Positions 1 through 7,289 of a stretch of 64,000 nucleotides of DNA are shown piece by piece. Numbering within the stretch: the first letter of the stretch is position 1; each line of letters begins with the position of its first letter. The notes under the pieces are model-generated. The model did no database searches. It had not been told where the DNA came from and saw only the letters and a list, made by a program, of their open reading frames with translations. Source of the DNA: a virus. The translations under genes and the position numbers were made by a program. Where the stretch lies: the IMG/VR virus record IMGVR_UViG_3300047548_000145, positions 3,204 to 67,203 of that record; one strand, 5' to 3'.

Positions 1-136
1 ACAGTTCCGCTAAATACTGGGCATCTTCATCTATAGTGTCTCCAATTTTCTCTCCATCTATGAAAACATCGTATCCAGTAGTGTAGCAACACCCATCAGC
101 GCAAGTGTGTTCGTATGGTACAAGTTCTATCTTCAT
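1..136 (-). CDS. small hypothetical protein (truncated at window edge)
   Basis: ATG at 136 within the junction repeat; reads MKIELVPYEHTCADGCCYTTGYDVFIDGEKIG... to the window edge. Confidence 0.6.
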   Translation of the reverse strand, partial: MKIELVPYEHTCADGCCYTTGYDVFIDGEKIGDTIDEDAQYLAEL

Positions 137-155
137 TTCTAGTTAGTGTTAAAGG

Positions 156-356
156 TTACCACTTACGCAATTCGTTTATTGCCTGTACTATGAATACAGG
201 AATCATAGCAATTAATGCTACTAAGATCAGGGGCCATAGCAATGACACACCAGCCTGACCAACTACGTCATCCTCGTTATGTGCATCTTTAGGCCCGTGT
301 ATCCAGGCTGTAACAATAAAGCCTATCACGTAGATGGCTATGTATAGTAGTGTCAT
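156..356 (-). CDS. small membrane protein
   Basis: 66 aa, two hydrophobic segments; ATGA overlap with upstream ORF. Confidence 0.7.
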   Translation of the reverse strand: MTLLYIAIYVIGFIVTAWIHGPKDAHNEDDVVGQAGVSLLWPLILVALIAMIPVFIVQAINELRKW

Positions 357-565
357 TTCTCGCTGGTATATAAAAATGCTATGGCAACTATTTCTTCCCC
401 ATCGCTAAATGTTGCGATGTCATCTTCTTGTAATTCGTGAATAGAAGTTATTATTGCCTCATCATCTCCACCTCTTACTTGTTCGTCTTTCAAGTAATCG
501 TAGATTACTACATCTACATCTTGTGGAAGTAATTGCAATTCCTGAATAAGTTCTTTTACTTTCAT
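353..565 (-). CDS. hypothetical protein (MKVKELIQEL-type small phage protein)
   Basis: 70 aa in the tightly packed minus-strand array. Confidence 0.7.
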   Translation of the reverse strand: MKVKELIQELQLLPQDVDVVIYDYLKDEQVRGGDDEAIITSIHELQEDDIATFSDGEEIVAIAFLYTSEK

Positions 566-577
566 TTGTCTTTGGTT

Positions 578-790
578 TTAAATGTTTACATCACTAAACT
601 GGAAACAGAGTATCGCAACATATCCACCTCCTGGAATGCGGTGTCTTGCCCACATATCTTTAGTCATTGGTAATTGCATTTCTTCCCTATCATCATCAGC
701 GGGTACTATGATTATTTTTGTGTCAGATGGATAGTGTGCGATTTCAGATCTCAGTTCTCCGATTGTCATAATGTTGTTGTTTTGTTTCAT
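578..790 (-). CDS. hypothetical protein
   Basis: 70 aa, ATGA overlap with upstream ORF. Confidence 0.65.
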   Translation of the reverse strand: MKQNNNIMTIGELRSEIAHYPSDTKIIIVPADDDREEMQLPMTKDMWARHRIPGGGYVAILCFQFSDVNI

Positions 791-1113
791 TTCTCGTTGG
801 TGTTAAGTTTCTTGGGTTTTCTTTTCAAATACTTGTCAACCTTAATAGATAACCGTTCGGTACAAGGGATTGTAATTACTAATCTCAAATAAGGAAGCAG
901 TGCTGTAACTCCAATACCCCAATGTCCGCTAATTGTAAAAGCTATTTCAAAATCAAAAGCATCTCGTGTCCACACCTTAAAAAACATCCAATTAAAACTC
1001 CAATTGAATGTATTATATTCATCGGCTTTTCTATAACTTATTACGGGTATAAGTGGGAATGTATAATTTGTGTACCACTTGCGAAATTTTCTGTTTTCAC
1101 AATTTTCAATCAT
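787..1113 (-). CDS. hypothetical protein
   Basis: 108 aa, ends NTNEK* in the junction repeat. Confidence 0.65.
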   Translation of the reverse strand: MIENCENRKFRKWYTNYTFPLIPVISYRKADEYNTFNWSFNWMFFKVWTRDAFDFEIAFTISGHWGIGVTALLPYLRLVITIPCTERLSIKVDKYLKRKPKKLNTNEK

Positions 1114-1292
1114 TTCTCGTTGGTGTTTAATTCTTTAGCCAGTATAATTACAACGTTTATTGTAGTAAAAACAATTGCATAAACAAACCTTGCTGACTCG
1201 GTCCATTCGCTTGGATTCATATTCCAATTAACAAATGCAATCAAAAGGTATTGGAATACCATTAGTGCTAAAAATGTAAGTACGTGTTTCAT
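1110..1292 (-). CDS. small membrane protein
   Basis: 60 aa, two TM-like segments, ends NTNEK*. Confidence 0.65.
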   Translation of the reverse strand: MKHVLTFLALMVFQYLLIAFVNWNMNPSEWTESARFVYAIVFTTINVVIILAKELNTNEK

Positions 1293-1519
1293 TTATTGTT
1301 GGTGTTAAATGTTATTTCTCCTTTTACTTCTGTACAATAATTGTTTGGGTTAAACGTTTGTTGAACTTCTTCTTCGACAATGCAACAGTATCCATAAGGG
1401 TCAAGTTTATTAAAAAACTCCTCGCATTCTTCAGCCGCCTCTCGGTTGGTGAAGTAACCCATATTAATTCCATTATATTCTCCAACCCTAACTATGTATA
1501 TAATCATTATGTCTTTCAT
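1289..1519 (-). CDS. hypothetical protein
   Basis: 76 aa, ends FNTNNK*. Confidence 0.65.
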   Translation of the reverse strand: MKDIMIIYIVRVGEYNGINMGYFTNREAAEECEEFFNKLDPYGYCCIVEEEVQQTFNPNNYCTEVKGEITFNTNNK

Positions 1520-1716
1520 TTCTCGTTGGCGTTAAGTATTTCTTTCAATTGGTCGTATGTTGCTTTTGCGGCCTCGCCCCAATACATTTCGCACTCACCA
1601 TCTTTGATAGGCGATTGAACAAAAAAGGATTGGCGCATTCCAGCCATAGCCCTGAATCGGTAACAGGTTCCCTTCATATGGCAACCGTCTCCTTTGCATT
1701 TGGTTATGTCAGCCAT
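1516..1716 (-). CDS. small Cys-rich hypothetical protein
   Basis: MADITKCKGDGCHMKGTCYR...CEMYW; four Cys, possible metal binding. Confidence 0.7.
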   Translation of the reverse strand: MADITKCKGDGCHMKGTCYRFRAMAGMRQSFFVQSPIKDGECEMYWGEAAKATYDQLKEILNANEK

Positions 1717-1918
1717 TGTTGTTAAAGGTCTTGTTAAATAAATCTAATGCAGATGCCCTGCGGTATGATTCGTAACTATTGTCCTTGCACATAAAATCCA
1801 TAGTGAAATCAATCATCTGCTCCTTCTCCATTTCTTTAGCGGCTTGTATATCCAAATCAACTAATCCTTTTTCTTTGATGATTTGTTCAACCAACCACTC
1901 TACTGCTGTCTGTTTCAT
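1709..1918 (-). CDS. MKQTAVEWL-family small protein (paralogue 1)
   Basis: Shares MKQTAVEWL...AKEMEKEQ...FNKTFN with ORFs at 1915, 10923 and 55692. Confidence 0.75.
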   Translation of the reverse strand: MKQTAVEWLVEQIIKEKGLVDLDIQAAKEMEKEQMIDFTMDFMCKDNSYESYRRASALDLFNKTFNNNG

Positions 1919-2409
1919 TCCTCGCTGGCTTTATCTGTTTTACTTTCATCCCATCCTTTAGATCGTCTACTTGTTATTTCCTTAATTGCTTGTTTATACA
2001 ACTCATCACTTACCTGGGTTTTGGAAATCATCTCATCCTCATCTTTAAACGGATACATACCAACTTCTTGCATCAGCATAGTTATAACTCTTTCATTTGG
2101 AGTTTCCCATTCCCAATATCCATAAAACATACTCTTTGCAAATAGCTTTACTATTGTTTCTAATTTTTCTTCTCGTGTCATTTGCTCTTTTGTGCCGAAT
2201 GTTTCGTTGTAGTATTGTTCAAAGTATTGGAAATTACTATTAAGGCCTTTATGATATGTTTTTCGGTGCTGCTCATTCTCCATTTCTTTGGCCTGCTTAA
2301 TGATATATTCTCTTGTACTCTTATAGTTAGTTGTCTTGGGAGCAACTTTCATTTGCTCATCCAAAGCACCCAATGCACTAACCAACCATTCTACTGGTGT
2401 CTGTTTCAT
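1915..2409 (-). CDS. MKQTAVEWL-family protein fused to a second domain (paralogue 2)
   Basis: N-terminal ~75 aa match the family (MKQTPVEWL..AKEMENEQ..YYNETF), then the frame continues. Confidence 0.7.
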   Translation of the reverse strand: MKQTPVEWLVSALGALDEQMKVAPKTTNYKSTREYIIKQAKEMENEQHRKTYHKGLNSNFQYFEQYYNETFGTKEQMTREEKLETIVKLFAKSMFYGYWEWETPNERVITMLMQEVGMYPFKDEDEMISKTQVSDELYKQAIKEITSRRSKGWDESKTDKASEE

Positions 2410-2630
2410 TATAGTCTAACTTGTATTTCTAAAGATTTCACAAAAGATTCATATTGCTCATCCGTAAGGTGCTTTGGCTTCCTTAATATAAGCATAGGAC
2501 TGCAAGAATTTTCATTCCACTTCCATATCGAGTACCCCTTATAGTGCATCTTTTCGATGGTGTATGGATGTTTTACTGATTGTTTCATTTTAATTAAGTC
2601 GATTTCGCCATAATTAGAAATTACTGGCAT
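2409..2630 (-). CDS. hypothetical protein
   Basis: 73 aa ORF in the array. Confidence 0.55.
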   Translation of the reverse strand: MPVISNYGEIDLIKMKQSVKHPYTIEKMHYKGYSIWKWNENSCSPMLILRKPKHLTDEQYESFVKSLEIQVRL

Positions 2631-2631
2631 T

Positions 2632-3186
2632 TTATAGTGTCGGGAAGTTCACATCGCAGGTAAGCCAAACAACATCATCCTCCATATTCATTGCTGATAC
2701 CGTTAGCCCCTTAAACTTTGGAGACATTCTACCCATCTCTGCCCCTATGCAAATGTAAGGCCCGCCACTTGGGTCTACCATAGTAACTTTCTTGTCATCA
2801 GACATTGAGAACCTGTAATGCTTGAATGGGCCTTCCCACTTGATTAGGTTAATACTCTGCCAAGTGAATGTGTACAGATCACCGTATCTGTTCTTGTACT
2901 CTACTTTGCGCCCATTTTTCTTGCCTTGCGCCTGCTTTTCAGGTTTGTAATACTTTCGAATCACCTTAAAGATTCTTGATGTATCACTATCCAAGGATAT
3001 CACACCCGTCTTAGCACCGTAAAATGCTATGGTGTATCCGTAGTTAGCAGTCCAGTCCTCTTTCAGTACAACGTTACCATTAACACTGCGTAGGTATATC
3101 CAAGGGATGTTTCCAATAAGTTCGATTTCAATTCCAATCTTGCTGAGTCTGTTCTTCAGCACTTCCAATTCATTTTTCATAGTCAA
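2632..3186 (-). CDS. hypothetical protein
   Basis: 184 aa, apparently two domains; operonic packing. Confidence 0.7.
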   Translation of the reverse strand: MTMKNELEVLKNRLSKIGIEIELIGNIPWIYLRSVNGNVVLKEDWTANYGYTIAFYGAKTGVISLDSDTSRIFKVIRKYYKPEKQAQGKKNGRKVEYKNRYGDLYTFTWQSINLIKWEGPFKHYRFSMSDDKKVTMVDPSGGPYICIGAEMGRMSPKFKGLTVSAMNMEDDVVWLTCDVNFPTL

Positions 3187-3422
3187 TAAGTTAATCGTTT
3201 ACCTAGGTTGACAGATTTAGTCACTGCAAGGATGACAATGTCTGTAGCCTTATGTAGGTCATACCTGTAGATAAGTTGATCCATAAGCTTCTTGTCGTTT
3301 CTTATACAGCGCAACTCCATCCAGTCTGTAATTCCCCAAGCCTTCTTCTCAGCCCTCTTCCTAGCCTTGGTGTATGATATCTTTAATTCTAGATACCATA
3401 TGTCGTTAGTCTGTTCGCACAT
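3183..3422 (-). CDS. hypothetical protein
   Basis: 79 aa basic ORF overlapping the next start. Confidence 0.6.
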   Translation of the reverse strand: MCEQTNDIWYLELKISYTKARKRAEKKAWGITDWMELRCIRNDKKLMDQLIYRYDLHKATDIVILAVTKSVNLGKRLTY

Positions 3423-3436
3423 AGTATTTGTATTAG

Positions 3437-3506
3437 TAGCGGGTGGTGGATTCGAACCACCCTAGACCAGCTTATGAGACTGGTCGGCTCACCAGAGCTA
3501 CCCGCA
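3437..3506 (-). tRNA. tRNA with CAU anticodon (Met or Ile2), atypically short D-arm
   Basis: Minus strand: TGCGGGT..GCTC-TGGT-GAGC..CCAGT-CTCATAA-GCTGG..GGTGG-TTCGAAT-CCACC-ACCCGCT-A. Confidence 0.8.
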
Positions 3507-3511
3507 GTTTG

Positions 3512-3652
3512 TAGTCAGGGCAAGAATCGAACTTGCTCCCAGGGACGGTTCCCTTATCAGTCACACAGAGCTAATTACTTCCCTGCTTTACCTGCCGTGT
3601 AATGCTTTGTGGCCACTCCACACTACCAAAGGTCTCCAAAGACCACCTGACT
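3512..3652 (-). ncRNA. tRNA-like RNA A (tRNA shell with enlarged anticodon domain)
   Basis: Acceptor AGTCAGG/CCTGACT+A, D-like GGTC/GACC, variable arm AGGGA/TCCCT, T-arm GCAAG-TTCGATT-CTTGC; no 7-nt anticodon loop. Confidence 0.7.
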
Positions 3653-3683
3653 GTGTTGCTCGTCTTTCCGAGCTGTCATTTTA

Positions 3684-3920
3684 TTAATGTAATGACTTAG
3701 CAATACCCTTTACTGCATACATCTGAGCCGTTTCTAGCTCAGTCATTGCAATAGAAAAGCATCGTTTAACTTCTGGATTTGTTGTATGATTCTGTAAATT
3801 GTTACAGTAATCAATAGCATCTGCCATCATTCGTTTAAACGTCCCAATCTTGTCATCCGAAGATGGGTTAAAGTTAATGTGGCAACGCTCCTCTCCAAGA
3901 GTCATTCCTTCTTGTTCCAT
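3684..3920 (-). CDS. Acb2/Tad1-like anti-defence nucleotide-sponge protein
   Basis: 78 aa, helical, with C-terminal motif RCFSIAMTELETAQMYAVKG typical of the Acb2/Tad1 hairpin family. Confidence 0.65.
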   Translation of the reverse strand: MEQEGMTLGEERCHINFNPSSDDKIGTFKRMMADAIDYCNNLQNHTTNPEVKRCFSIAMTELETAQMYAVKGIAKSLH

Positions 3921-4001
3921 TGTTTTTTGTATTAAAATGCTGCTACCACTTGAACGCAGGTAGCTTCTCGTACCATTTTGTTGGCTTCAACAATTTGGTT
4001 G

Positions 4002-4166
4002 TAGTCAGAGTCTGATTCGAACAGACATTGTACGTCTACAATCCACACGGGTTTCCAAGCTTACGATATACCCTCTACGGTTTATGTATATCTCCCGAGC
4101 TCACGCTTTAATATAGAAACTAAAGGTCGTGTATCTGTGGTGCGTCTACCATTCCGCCACCTGACT
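4002..4166 (-). ncRNA. tRNA-like RNA B (Leu-type shell, ~85-nt insert replacing the anticodon loop)
   Basis: AGTCAGG-TG-GCGGAATGGTAGACGC-A-CCACA...TGTGG-ATTGTA(GACG)TACAAT-GTCTG-TTCGAAT-CAGAC-TCTGACT-A. Confidence 0.75.
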
Positions 4167-4175
4167 ATTTTTTTG

Positions 4176-4307
4176 AGAAGCAGGTGAGAATCGAACTCAC
4201 GTTTGCACTTTGGACTGTTGTGCAATCTGTCATACCTTCCAATCAGGTGTCGGTCCTGACTACCCAATCCAGTATGACAAGCGTCTACCACTTCGCCAAT
4301 CTGCTTC
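4176..4307 (-). ncRNA. tRNA-like RNA C (Leu/Ser-type shell, extended anticodon arm)
   Basis: GAAGCAG..GGCGAAGTGGTAGACGC-T-TGTCATAC...GTATGACA..TTGCAC/GTGCAA..GTGAG-TTCGATT-CTCAC-CTGCTTC. Confidence 0.75.
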
Positions 4308-4334
4308 ATTCCAATATGTCAAAGAACTCTAACC

Positions 4335-4670
4335 TTACTTTTCGATCCCGATGTCTGCCTTCAACTTGACGTGTTTAGCGATGCTGTCAATTGATGCCCT
4401 TCCATCTTTAAATTCATTTAAGCATTCCTTTGAAACAAGGACCGTGTTGTCACCATCTTTATTCACAATCATAATGACGGGCCACCTGTCGTAGTCCTCG
4501 CCCTGTATGGGTTTGTTCAACACTACATCCCTGCCATCAAGTTTGGCGGAGAACAGCTTAAAGTACACAACCTTGCTGTTCTTGTCTAGTCCCCTGAATT
4601 GGGGGCCATCAGCTCCTATAAAGCTGAGGCCCCATTCAAAACAGAGAAACACACCAATCGCCTTGGTCAT
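4335..4670 (-). CDS. hypothetical protein
   Basis: 111 aa, coupled to the upstream ORF. Confidence 0.65.
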   Translation of the reverse strand: MTKAIGVFLCFEWGLSFIGADGPQFRGLDKNSKVVYFKLFSAKLDGRDVVLNKPIQGEDYDRWPVIMIVNKDGDNTVLVSKECLNEFKDGRASIDSIAKHVKLKADIGIEK

Positions 4671-4957
4671 TAGAATGGCAGATCGTCACTGCTCAACTGA
4701 GGCTGTTCAGGACGGCCTTGTGGAGCAGCTGCACGAGGAGTCTGTCCCTGTGCTGCAGACTGGGCACGTGGGTTGAACACAGTGCAGATAGGCTTACCAG
4801 ACTTGGTATCCTTCACGTCCAGGTTCACGTAGCCCTTCTGGTTGGCGTACTTCTTCAGCTCCTCAAGCTGTTCTACCTTGAAGCTGATTCGGTATCCACC
4901 GAACTTACCTGCCTCTGCAAACCCGATGATGTCGGAGCTATACGTCTTCTGTTCCAT
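4670..4957 (-). CDS. putative single-stranded DNA-binding protein
   Basis: Small beta-rich domain, Q/P/A-rich linker, acidic DDLPF tail; next to ERF and exonuclease genes. Confidence 0.6.
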   Translation of the reverse strand: MEQKTYSSDIIGFAEAGKFGGYRISFKVEQLEELKKYANQKGYVNLDVKDTKSGKPICTVFNPRAQSAAQGQTPRAAAPQGRPEQPQLSSDDLPF

Positions 4958-4980
4958 TTGTTTTTGATTTAGTTATTACA

Positions 4981-4988
4981 CAAAGTTA
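4981..4988 (-). promoter_or_regulatory. Bacteroidota-type -7 promoter element
   Basis: TAACTTTG ~25 nt upstream of the SSB-like gene. Confidence 0.55.
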
Positions 4989-5021
4989 AGTTAATCAGTC
5001 AGTTACTATGTTAAGAAATTG

Positions 5022-5777
5022 TTAAACCTCTTCTATATCGTAGAATCTGTAGGCTTCCTTTGGACTGAAAACAAAGTTCCTTACATTCTCTACTGCTCTT
5101 TCAAACTTCAAGCGTCCACCTTCCAGAGTACGCTCTGATGCCTGAAATATCTTGGGAGTGTATGGATAACTAGTATCCTGTGCTACCCAATAATACCGAT
5201 CCGTGTTCGCCAACTGCGTATAGATATACGCCTGAATGTCGTACCCGAAAGAGTATATGTCACGCTTGAACCCAGAGATAGCACGTGTAGACTTGGAGTC
5301 AGACACGTAGTAACTACCCTTGCAATCCAAGAAACCACGTACAGGGGCATCTCCAATGAATCCAGCCAACTCAACTTGGTACTGACCCTTTAGATAGTCC
5401 TCTATAATACCAGAGTCCTCAAGTCTGTTAATCATATCAATAGCCTTGTTGTAGTCCTCCATTCCAACGAGTGTCTTGCTTGTCTCTGACAACTCAGCCT
5501 TCCACTCCTTGTAAGCCTTGGTGGCACGTGGTGACGCACCTCCAATCTTTGCAACAATCTCAGAGTCATCCATCACCGTGAAGCTGTTCTCAAACAACTC
5601 TGGTGTGAACAGCAGGGTGTCGTACAGCCTACCGAACGTGAGTGCATCTGAATCTTTATGAAGTTTACCCTGGACGTACAATTCAAATAGACGCACATCC
5701 TGGATGGCATACTTAAGCGAGGTGTAGGTAAGGTAGTCCTTACCCGTCACCTGCTGTAGTTTAAGTGCAAACTCCAT
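5022..5777 (-). CDS. PD-(D/E)XK exonuclease, RecE/ExoVIII-like (DUF3799-type)
   Basis: Motifs LTYTSLK, ALTFGRLYD, RGFLD, DSKST, YDIQAYIY; adjacent to ERF. Confidence 0.75.
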   Translation of the reverse strand: MEFALKLQQVTGKDYLTYTSLKYAIQDVRLFELYVQGKLHKDSDALTFGRLYDTLLFTPELFENSFTVMDDSEIVAKIGGASPRATKAYKEWKAELSETSKTLVGMEDYNKAIDMINRLEDSGIIEDYLKGQYQVELAGFIGDAPVRGFLDCKGSYYVSDSKSTRAISGFKRDIYSFGYDIQAYIYTQLANTDRYYWVAQDTSYPYTPKIFQASERTLEGGRLKFERAVENVRNFVFSPKEAYRFYDIEEV

Positions 5778-6382
5778 TACTTCACAAACTTCTTGAGAGC
5801 GCTAATCTGTGCCTCAGAGAAACCTGTACCATACTTGGCGATGATGGCATCATAGGCCTTGGCCTTGTCTGAAGAACTTTTCAGGAAGTCAATTGCCTGC
5901 TGAAACGTATCCTGTGCAGGGGCAGAAGGAACAGCCTTTGTAGTCTGTACATCCTTGCCGTGCGTGTTGGTAGAGTCAGCGTCCTTGGTGTCATCAATCA
6001 AGAACATCCCGTTGAGCGCATATTTCCTTGCGTATGAGGATGAGGCACCGAAGCACTGAGCGATATCCATACCCTTACGATTCGGATCGATACCTGCCTG
6101 TGCAGACACAGAGATTAAATCTGTACCATCCGTGAGGTGGACATTAGCCTCCACATACACAATACCACAAACTTCCTCAATGCTGTCCGAGATGGTCATA
6201 GACAAACCATACTTCTTCAGAAGTGGTTTGACAGCCTCAAGGATGTCTTCTGCATTGCGGTAAGAATACTTACCGAAGCTGTTGTACTGACTCTTAGGAG
6301 CCTTTAACTCGCTCTGAATAGCGATTACTTTGTCGTTAAACGACTGAGCATCAGGTTGTGATGCGGGCTTTGTTGTAGCCAT
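5777..6382 (-). CDS. ERF-family single-strand annealing protein
   Basis: IQSELKAPKSQYNSFGKYSYRNAEDILEAVKP ... GASSSYARKYALNGMFLIDDTKDAD. Confidence 0.9.
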   Translation of the reverse strand: MATTKPASQPDAQSFNDKVIAIQSELKAPKSQYNSFGKYSYRNAEDILEAVKPLLKKYGLSMTISDSIEEVCGIVYVEANVHLTDGTDLISVSAQAGIDPNRKGMDIAQCFGASSSYARKYALNGMFLIDDTKDADSTNTHGKDVQTTKAVPSAPAQDTFQQAIDFLKSSSDKAKAYDAIIAKYGTGFSEAQISALKKFVK

Positions 6383-6444
6383 AATTGAATTGATTTTAGT
6401 TAATTGAATTGAGTTAAGAATATAGTTGGCGCTACGTCCCCTCT

Positions 6445-6477
6445 TCGCTTGAGCTAGGGGGCTTGAGGCCCTACGCT
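6445..6477. repeat. intergenic GC-rich motif, copy 1 (copy 2 at 15519)
   Basis: TCGCTTGAGCTAGGGGGCTTGAGGCCCTACGCT vs TCGCTTGGCTAGGGGGCTTGGGGGCCCCTGCGCT. Confidence 0.65.
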
Positions 6478-6531
6478 CTACGCTTTAAACGTGCAAAGAC
6501 TTTGCGAAGATACAAGTCACCGAGGACATAG

Positions 6532-6891
6532 TCAAGGATTCTGTGTTAAATTATCGTTAACATTATCTAGGTATCTTACAGCAACACTTGAAAACTCGTA
6601 GCCTTTCTTCTGATTCTGATGGTGTTGCGTCACATAGTTAGCACACATAAGTTCAAGGTCATCTTCTTTGTATAGTGTCAGGTATAACTTTCTGATCGGA
6701 TCCTTGGAGGCAATGTATCCATCAAGAGAGTCAAGGTCTCCATCCAGTACGTACTCAATACCCTTGTGTTCAAACAGCAGGTTTGCGCTGTAAGAGTCGT
6801 TGAAGATTAGTTCCTTCTTCACCTTGTCTCCGTCAATAAGCATATCTAACTTCGCACGGATGATGTCTCCTTTTAAAACTTCTAGGTTCAT
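6532..6891 (-). CDS. hypothetical protein
   Basis: 119 aa ORF. Confidence 0.65.
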   Translation of the reverse strand: MNLEVLKGDIIRAKLDMLIDGDKVKKELIFNDSYSANLLFEHKGIEYVLDGDLDSLDGYIASKDPIRKLYLTLYKEDDLELMCANYVTQHHQNQKKGYEFSSVAVRYLDNVNDNLTQNP

Positions 6892-7015
6892 ACGATTAGG
6901 TTTATGATTACTTTGATTATGCTAACAAATACAATCAGGGTGATTACGTTCCTGAGCGCCTTCTTCATCTCGACTACCCGCTTGTTGTACGACTCGTTGT
7001 TATACTTGGCCTGAC

Positions 7016-7288
7016 TCATAGTCCCTTGCTTGACTCCCAAGTGTTACGACTATCCTCGTTCTTGGTGACGATAAACGTCTCAGAGTTTGACCAGTACTTT
7101 GGCTGGGTATATACTACCAGACCGCTGTCGAACTTGGTCTCCCAAGCATAGTGCTTTCGGTTCTTGGCTCCGTAGCAGACCTTTCCGCCTGATACTACAT
7201 CTAGTACAGCCTCTACAGCAGCAGCGTGGTCTATGTCTTTCTCCTTGATGTTAATCAGGATTCGATTAATCTTTGTTTCTCGTGGCAT
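7016..7288 (-). CDS. hypothetical protein
   Basis: Likely start MPRETKINRIL at 7288, just after the exonuclease stop. Confidence 0.6.
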   Translation of the reverse strand: MPRETKINRILINIKEKDIDHAAAVEAVLDVVSGGKVCYGAKNRKHYAWETKFDSGLVVYTQPKYWSNSETFIVTKNEDSRNTWESSKGL

Positions 7289-7289
7289 C

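Noticed and set aside
4082-4369. ORFs 4082-4309 (-) and 4184-4369 (+)
   Set aside because: They overlap tRNA-like RNAs B and C; most likely spurious translations of structured RNA.
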